From: a virus
Lineage: Duplodnaviria > Heunggongvirae > Uroviricota > Caudoviricetes
Direction: 5' to 3' (one strand)
Virus record (IMG/VR): IMGVR_UViG_2529292998_000004
Span: 1-50,094 of that record
Length of the DNA stretch: 50,094 nucleotides
Part shown: in pieces, positions 46,663-50,094 of the stretch
Numbering within the stretch: position 1 is the first letter of the stretch
Layout of the letters: each line of letters opens with the position of its first letter
The notes under the pieces: model-generated
The model's database searches: none
The model's input: only the letters and a program-made list of their open reading frames with translations
What the model was told of the DNA's origin: nothing
Program-made: the position numbers and the translations under genes

Positions 46663-46941
46663 TTAATCTGCTTTCTGGATTTCAGCTTCTGAATCCATGC
46701 AAATAATTTCGATATAGGGTTCATTGCCATTAACCTGACGTGCCTTTTCAGCTTCGCTAATGATTTCGCGTACAGTCTGGTACGGAAGTTCTACGGTCAG
46801 GCGCGTGCCGTTCAGATAAACGTAAGTAGCTGCATTTTTTTCGGATGGAACAACTCCGTCAATGGCTGATGCGCGTAATAACAGTTCACCGCGAAAATCA
46901 ACAAAACGGATAAATACACCTTGTGCATGCTCTTTGGTCAT
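46663..46941 (-). CDS. Hypothetical protein (92 aa from internal Met)
   Basis: ORF in early operon. Confidence 0.45.
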   Translation of the reverse strand: MTKEHAQGVFIRFVDFRGELLLRASAIDGVVPSEKNAATYVYLNGTRLTVELPYQTVREIISEAEKARQVNGNEPYIEIICMDSEAEIQKAD

Positions 46942-46951
46942 AAAGCACCTG

Positions 46952-47302
46952 TTATAAATCAGCCTGTTTAATAAAACTTTGCCCACGAAGCAGACGATCA
47001 ACCGTGCGAAGTGCTTCGTACAATGTGAAATCCTGCCCGAAGTGATTGTCGCCGCAGTTCAATGCAAAAATGCGGCTTCCGGTAAACGGATTGCGTTGGC
47101 ATTTGTGGACCACGATTCCAGCTTTCTCAATCAACCAAGTGTGCTCGCCGATTTGTTTTACGGGATGTCCATCAGGTGTGGCGTGTGTTTCGCTCAGGCT
47201 GTAGCGAGAGTTGCTACGTGATGCACTGGTAGCGAAACGGTTAGCATGGCGTTCCGCACCGTTGCGGAAGCGCTGCTGTGAAGAATTGCGCTGTAGTTTC
47301 AT
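46952..47302 (-). CDS. Hypothetical protein (116 aa)
   Basis: ORF in early operon. Confidence 0.45.
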   Translation of the reverse strand: MKLQRNSSQQRFRNGAERHANRFATSASRSNSRYSLSETHATPDGHPVKQIGEHTWLIEKAGIVVHKCQRNPFTGSRIFALNCGDNHFGQDFTLYEALRTVDRLLRGQSFIKQADL

Positions 47303-47439
47303 ATTAAAACTCTGTACCTTCGGTAAGGTGTACTCGTGTCACCTTGTATTGATTTGTGGTATTTTTTTTGTGTGTCTAGGACTTGGACTGGCCGGTTCAG
47401 GTCCTGGCTTATGTTTAATTAAATTGTTAAGAGGTTTTC

Positions 47440-47631
47440 ATGTCAGAAGATAAAAAAGTTGTTAATTTGTTGAGTGAACTTAGTGCTGCTCTGGATAACA
47501 TTAACCCTCCCAGGGTAAAAACGACGGGTGATAAAGACGCATTAAACACAGAGATTCATATATTACTGGCGTTAGTAACTGACAAAATTCAGCGTAAATA
47601 CCCACCTGTCACACAACTGGTTGATTTTTAA
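47440..47631 (+). CDS. Hypothetical small protein (63 aa), AT-rich, convergent with 47638..48060
   Basis: ORF on plus strand in AT-rich island; AGAGG-like RBS upstream. Confidence 0.4.
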   Translation: MSEDKKVVNLLSELSAALDNINPPRVKTTGDKDALNTEIHILLALVTDKIQRKYPPVTQLVDF

Positions 47632-47637
47632 TTTGAT

Positions 47638-48060
47638 TTATGCTGGGCTGCTCCCGGCATCTTCTAGCTGCCATAATGTCTCGTCACCTGATAGAGCAAA
47701 ACGAAATGAGTGAAGTATATCCTCCCGAGAGAAGCTCACGGCTACAGCTGCGGGAAAGTCAAATATAATCCCACCTTCATTTTTAAAACGATTACGCAAT
47801 TGATAGGCTATCGGTTTGATTTGTGCAGGAAGAGTATCTATATCTCTTCCATTGACAACAGAATCTTTGTTTTCAAGTACTGATTTAGCGATTAGATATA
47901 GATGCCAGTAACTGGTTACAATTGTTACTCCTGTGATGTGTCGTAAATTAATTGCAATTCGTCCGTTATTATGTTTTTCCGCAAGGTATTTCAGGTTATC
48001 AATTAATGCTTGGTCATTTTTTGAAATAGTTATTGTGAAATCTGACGTGTTTGTTTTCAT
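47638..48060 (-). CDS. Hypothetical protein (140 aa from internal Met), AT-rich
   Basis: Start MKTNTSDFTITIS.. placed just after stop of the Cox-like gene; markedly lower GC than flanks. Confidence 0.5.
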   Translation of the reverse strand: MKTNTSDFTITISKNDQALIDNLKYLAEKHNNGRIAINLRHITGVTIVTSYWHLYLIAKSVLENKDSVVNGRDIDTLPAQIKPIAYQLRNRFKNEGGIIFDFPAAVAVSFSREDILHSFRFALSGDETLWQLEDAGSSPA

Positions 48061-48064
48061 ACGA

Positions 48065-48586
48065 TTAGTTGCCTCTGTTGTTTCTGAGTTGGTCCAGTTT
48101 TGAGCTTCTGCCTGTATAAACTCGCTTACCGTTAATGGTCTGGCAGTCTTCTTTATTAGCTGGAGAGAACTTCCTTTTCTGGCGGTCATACGTCCAGTAA
48201 CTTTTCCAGTTGTGCCATTCTGGGGGCTCGTGCTCTGGTAGCTCATCAGCCAACTTGTCCCACTCTTTGGCGTTAAACCACCATACTCCGTCTGAGTTTT
48301 CATCTTCCGGGTTTGTGCGCGTCTTGTGTCCCGGCATTTGACCGCGATGAATGGCTACGCGCAGTGCAGATTTTGTTAGCCCAATATATGCCGCGCCTCT
48401 TTCCAGAGAGCAAAGCCCGGCGATCGGACCATCCAGCCGCAAAGTCGCTCCTTTTTTGTAGGAACGCTTTTTCTTGTTTTCTTCGTGTTCGTCGTCGTTG
48501 GCGGCATCAATGGATCCGCTGAGTGCGTCACTTTCCTGAAGTGGTTGGTGGTCAGATAACTCTTTATCGGCAATGAAGTCCCGCAT
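48065..48586 (-). CDS. Cox/AlpA-like HTH regulator with long extensions (173 aa), first gene of early operon
   Basis: GAGGA RBS; central ..LERGAAYIGLTKSALRVAIHRGQMPG.. resembles the HTH of P2 Cox-type excisionase/regulators; divergent from repressor gene. Confidence 0.5.
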   Translation of the reverse strand: MRDFIADKELSDHQPLQESDALSGSIDAANDDEHEENKKKRSYKKGATLRLDGPIAGLCSLERGAAYIGLTKSALRVAIHRGQMPGHKTRTNPEDENSDGVWWFNAKEWDKLADELPEHEPPEWHNWKSYWTYDRQKRKFSPANKEDCQTINGKRVYTGRSSKLDQLRNNRGN

Positions 48587-48645
48587 TTGTTATCCTCTTG
48601 CGTTGGTGCGCTTGTCGCGCCTTGTGATGGTTTGTTTTGGCTTGT

Positions 48646-48669
48646 AAAGATAACCAAAAGGTTATCTTT
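48646..48669. promoter_or_regulatory. Operator-like palindrome AAAGATAACC-AAAA-GGTTATCTTT in immunity region
   Basis: Perfect 10-bp inverted repeat between divergent Cox-like and repressor genes; third half-site GGTTATCTT at 48693..48701. Confidence 0.5.
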
Positions 48670-48690
48670 GTGCGAGAGGTTAATACTCAA

Positions 48691-49032
48691 ATGGTTATCT
48701 TGTCAATAGACTACGCAAAAAAGTTACGTCAGATACGTAAGGCGGAAGGGTTAACACAAAAGCAGTTTGCGGATATTACTGGGTTGTCTTTGGCAACCAT
48801 AAGGAATTACGAATCGGGGCAAAAGAACGCTAGAGCAAAAATCGTTGAGGCGGTTCTGCAAGTCGATCGCTTTGAAAAATACATGCTGTGGCTAATAAAA
48901 GATAAGACGCTACCTGTCGCCGGGCAGATTGCTCCGGCTCTCTCTCTTGATGGATCTATTCAGTCGGAGGGCGATCAGGTTTCAATCGGTATTACCCAAA
49001 AATCACCCCGATCAGGCCGCAATGTTGGCTGA
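48691..49032 (+). CDS. Immunity repressor, XRE-family HTH (P2 C / 186 CI position); alternative start 48637
   Basis: ..YAKKLRQIRKAEGLTQKQFADITGLSLATIRNYESG.. canonical XRE HTH; directly upstream of integrase, same strand. Confidence 0.7.
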   Translation: MVILSIDYAKKLRQIRKAEGLTQKQFADITGLSLATIRNYESGQKNARAKIVEAVLQVDRFEKYMLWLIKDKTLPVAGQIAPALSLDGSIQSEGDQVSIGITQKSPRSGRNVG

Positions 49033-49101
49033 CTCTACACATTGAGCGAATTACATATCGCAAGGAGTGTTTAGTTAATTTATCCGTTGGAGGGGCTAAT
49101 C

Positions 49102-50094
49102 ATGTCGATTAAGCAACTCAAAGACGGACGTTATCAGGTCGATGTCAGACCGCAGGGGGCGGAAGGAAAGCGGATTCGAAAAATCTTTGCCCTGAAATCA
49201 AAGGCTCAGGAGTTTGAGAAGTATGTGTTACAGAACTTTCATGACAAGCCATGGCAGGCTAAGCCAGCTGATCAGCGGCGATTATCAGAGCTGCTTGATG
49301 CGTGGTGGATGCTTGATGGGCGTAATCAGGCTTACGGGGATAGCTACAGGGTTAGGCTAGGGAAGGTTGTTCGTGAAATGGGAGATCCTCGCGCCAGTCA
49401 GATGACGCGAAAATTTATGCTTGAATATCGGTCAGAGAAATTACAGGCCGGATTAATGCCGTCCAGTATTAATCGTGACTTATGCGTACTGTCTACCATG
49501 TTCACGGTGCTGATTGAAGCTGAGGTCTTTCACAACGCGAACCCTGTACGCGGTATACGAAAACTGAAAGTTCAGAACACAGAGATGGCCTTTCTTTCTG
49601 ATGATGAGATTGAACGGCTTCTTGAGCGACTGGAGGGTGATGCGCGTCGTGTTGCCATTCTGTGTCTTTCTACTGGTGCCCGATGGAGTGAAGCATCGGA
49701 ACTACGTGGAGAGCATATCGTTGGCAACCGGGTGACGTTCTTTAACACCAAAAACGGAAAATCCCGTTCGGTTCCTGTGGCGGATTCGGTCGTGCCTCTG
49801 ATTAAAACCCGTCGAACGGGGTTATTGTATCAGGTTGATTATCTGAAGTTCCGGGAGATTCTTCAGGAGGTGAAACCGGATTTGCCGAAGGGGCAGGCTA
49901 CGCATGTCATGCGTCATACATTTGCCACACACTTTATGATGAATGGCGGAAATATTGTTACGTTGCAACGAATCCTGGGGCACGCAACGATTCAGCAAAC
50001 AATGACGTACGCTCATTTTTCGCCGGACTTTTTACTGGACGCGATCAACTTTAATCCGCTGGCTGAAAGTGTCCATAAACTGTCCATCGATTAG
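49102..50094 (+). CDS. int: Tyrosine integrase, P2 Int family
   Basis: Start MSIKQLKDGRYQVDVRP.GAEGKRIRK.F..KS.A..FEKY.L.. and C-terminal ..LCLSTGARW.EA..L......TF..TK..K.R.VP......GQATH..RH.FATHFM.NGG.I.TLQRILGH...QTM.YAHF.P.. match P2 integrase as remembered; GGAGGGG RBS. Confidence 0.9.
   Translation: MSIKQLKDGRYQVDVRPQGAEGKRIRKIFALKSKAQEFEKYVLQNFHDKPWQAKPADQRRLSELLDAWWMLDGRNQAYGDSYRVRLGKVVREMGDPRASQMTRKFMLEYRSEKLQAGLMPSSINRDLCVLSTMFTVLIEAEVFHNANPVRGIRKLKVQNTEMAFLSDDEIERLLERLEGDARRVAILCLSTGARWSEASELRGEHIVGNRVTFFNTKNGKSRSVPVADSVVPLIKTRRTGLLYQVDYLKFREILQEVKPDLPKGQATHVMRHTFATHFMMNGGNIVTLQRILGHATIQQTMTYAHFSPDFLLDAINFNPLAESVHKLSID

Larger units (their letters stand above)
30579..50094 (-). mobile_element. 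P2-family prophage segment (lysis, capsid and packaging, variable locus, replication, early operon, immunity, integrase); tail genes absent; continues beyond window end
   Basis: P2 gene order and divergent orientation of Q-P versus O-N-M-L-X-holin-endolysin-lysB/lysC; HUH rolling-circle A protein; P2-type integrase and C-type repressor. Confidence 0.8.

Noticed and set aside
1-50094. CRISPR arrays, rRNA or tRNA genes, IS elements or transposases
   Set aside because: No regularly spaced short direct repeats with unique spacers, no tRNA-like cloverleaf candidates noticed by eye, and no transposase-like ORF. A tRNAscan or ISfinder run would be needed to be certain.

Overview
This 50 kb window is a mosaic prophage region, read almost entirely on the minus strand. 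Calls rest on reading the six-frame translations against remembered lambda and P2 protein families; no database search was run. (1) Positions 1 to about 28.6 kb are a lambda-like late region in reverse orientation: tfa, stf, lom, J, I, K, L, M, H, G/G-T, V, U, Z, FII, FI, E, D, C, B, W, A, Nu1, cos, the lambda right-end ORF, Rz/Rz1, SAR endolysin and pinholin. Its terminase large subunit A is frameshifted, and no Q, immunity, replication or integrase genes of lambdoid type are present. (2) 28.7-30.6 kb encodes a nanS-p-type sialate O-acetylesterase. (3) 30.6-50.1 kb is a P2-family block: spanins, M15 endolysin, holin, X, L, M, N, O on the minus strand, P and Q on the plus strand, replication endonuclease A, an early operon of small genes, a Cox-like gene, a C-type repressor and a P2-type integrase at the window end. 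It lacks P2 tail genes and a recognisable ogr. The strongest candidate for an undescribed system is a three-gene, translationally coupled operon (38846-40180) in the variable locus between A and Q, where P2 carries the exclusion genes tin and old. Other loci worth follow-up are an SPFH lipoprotein pair, an AT-rich convergent gene pair beside the immunity region, a methyltransferase cargo gene inside a duplicated tfa segment, and a promoter-plus-terminator insert between I and J.
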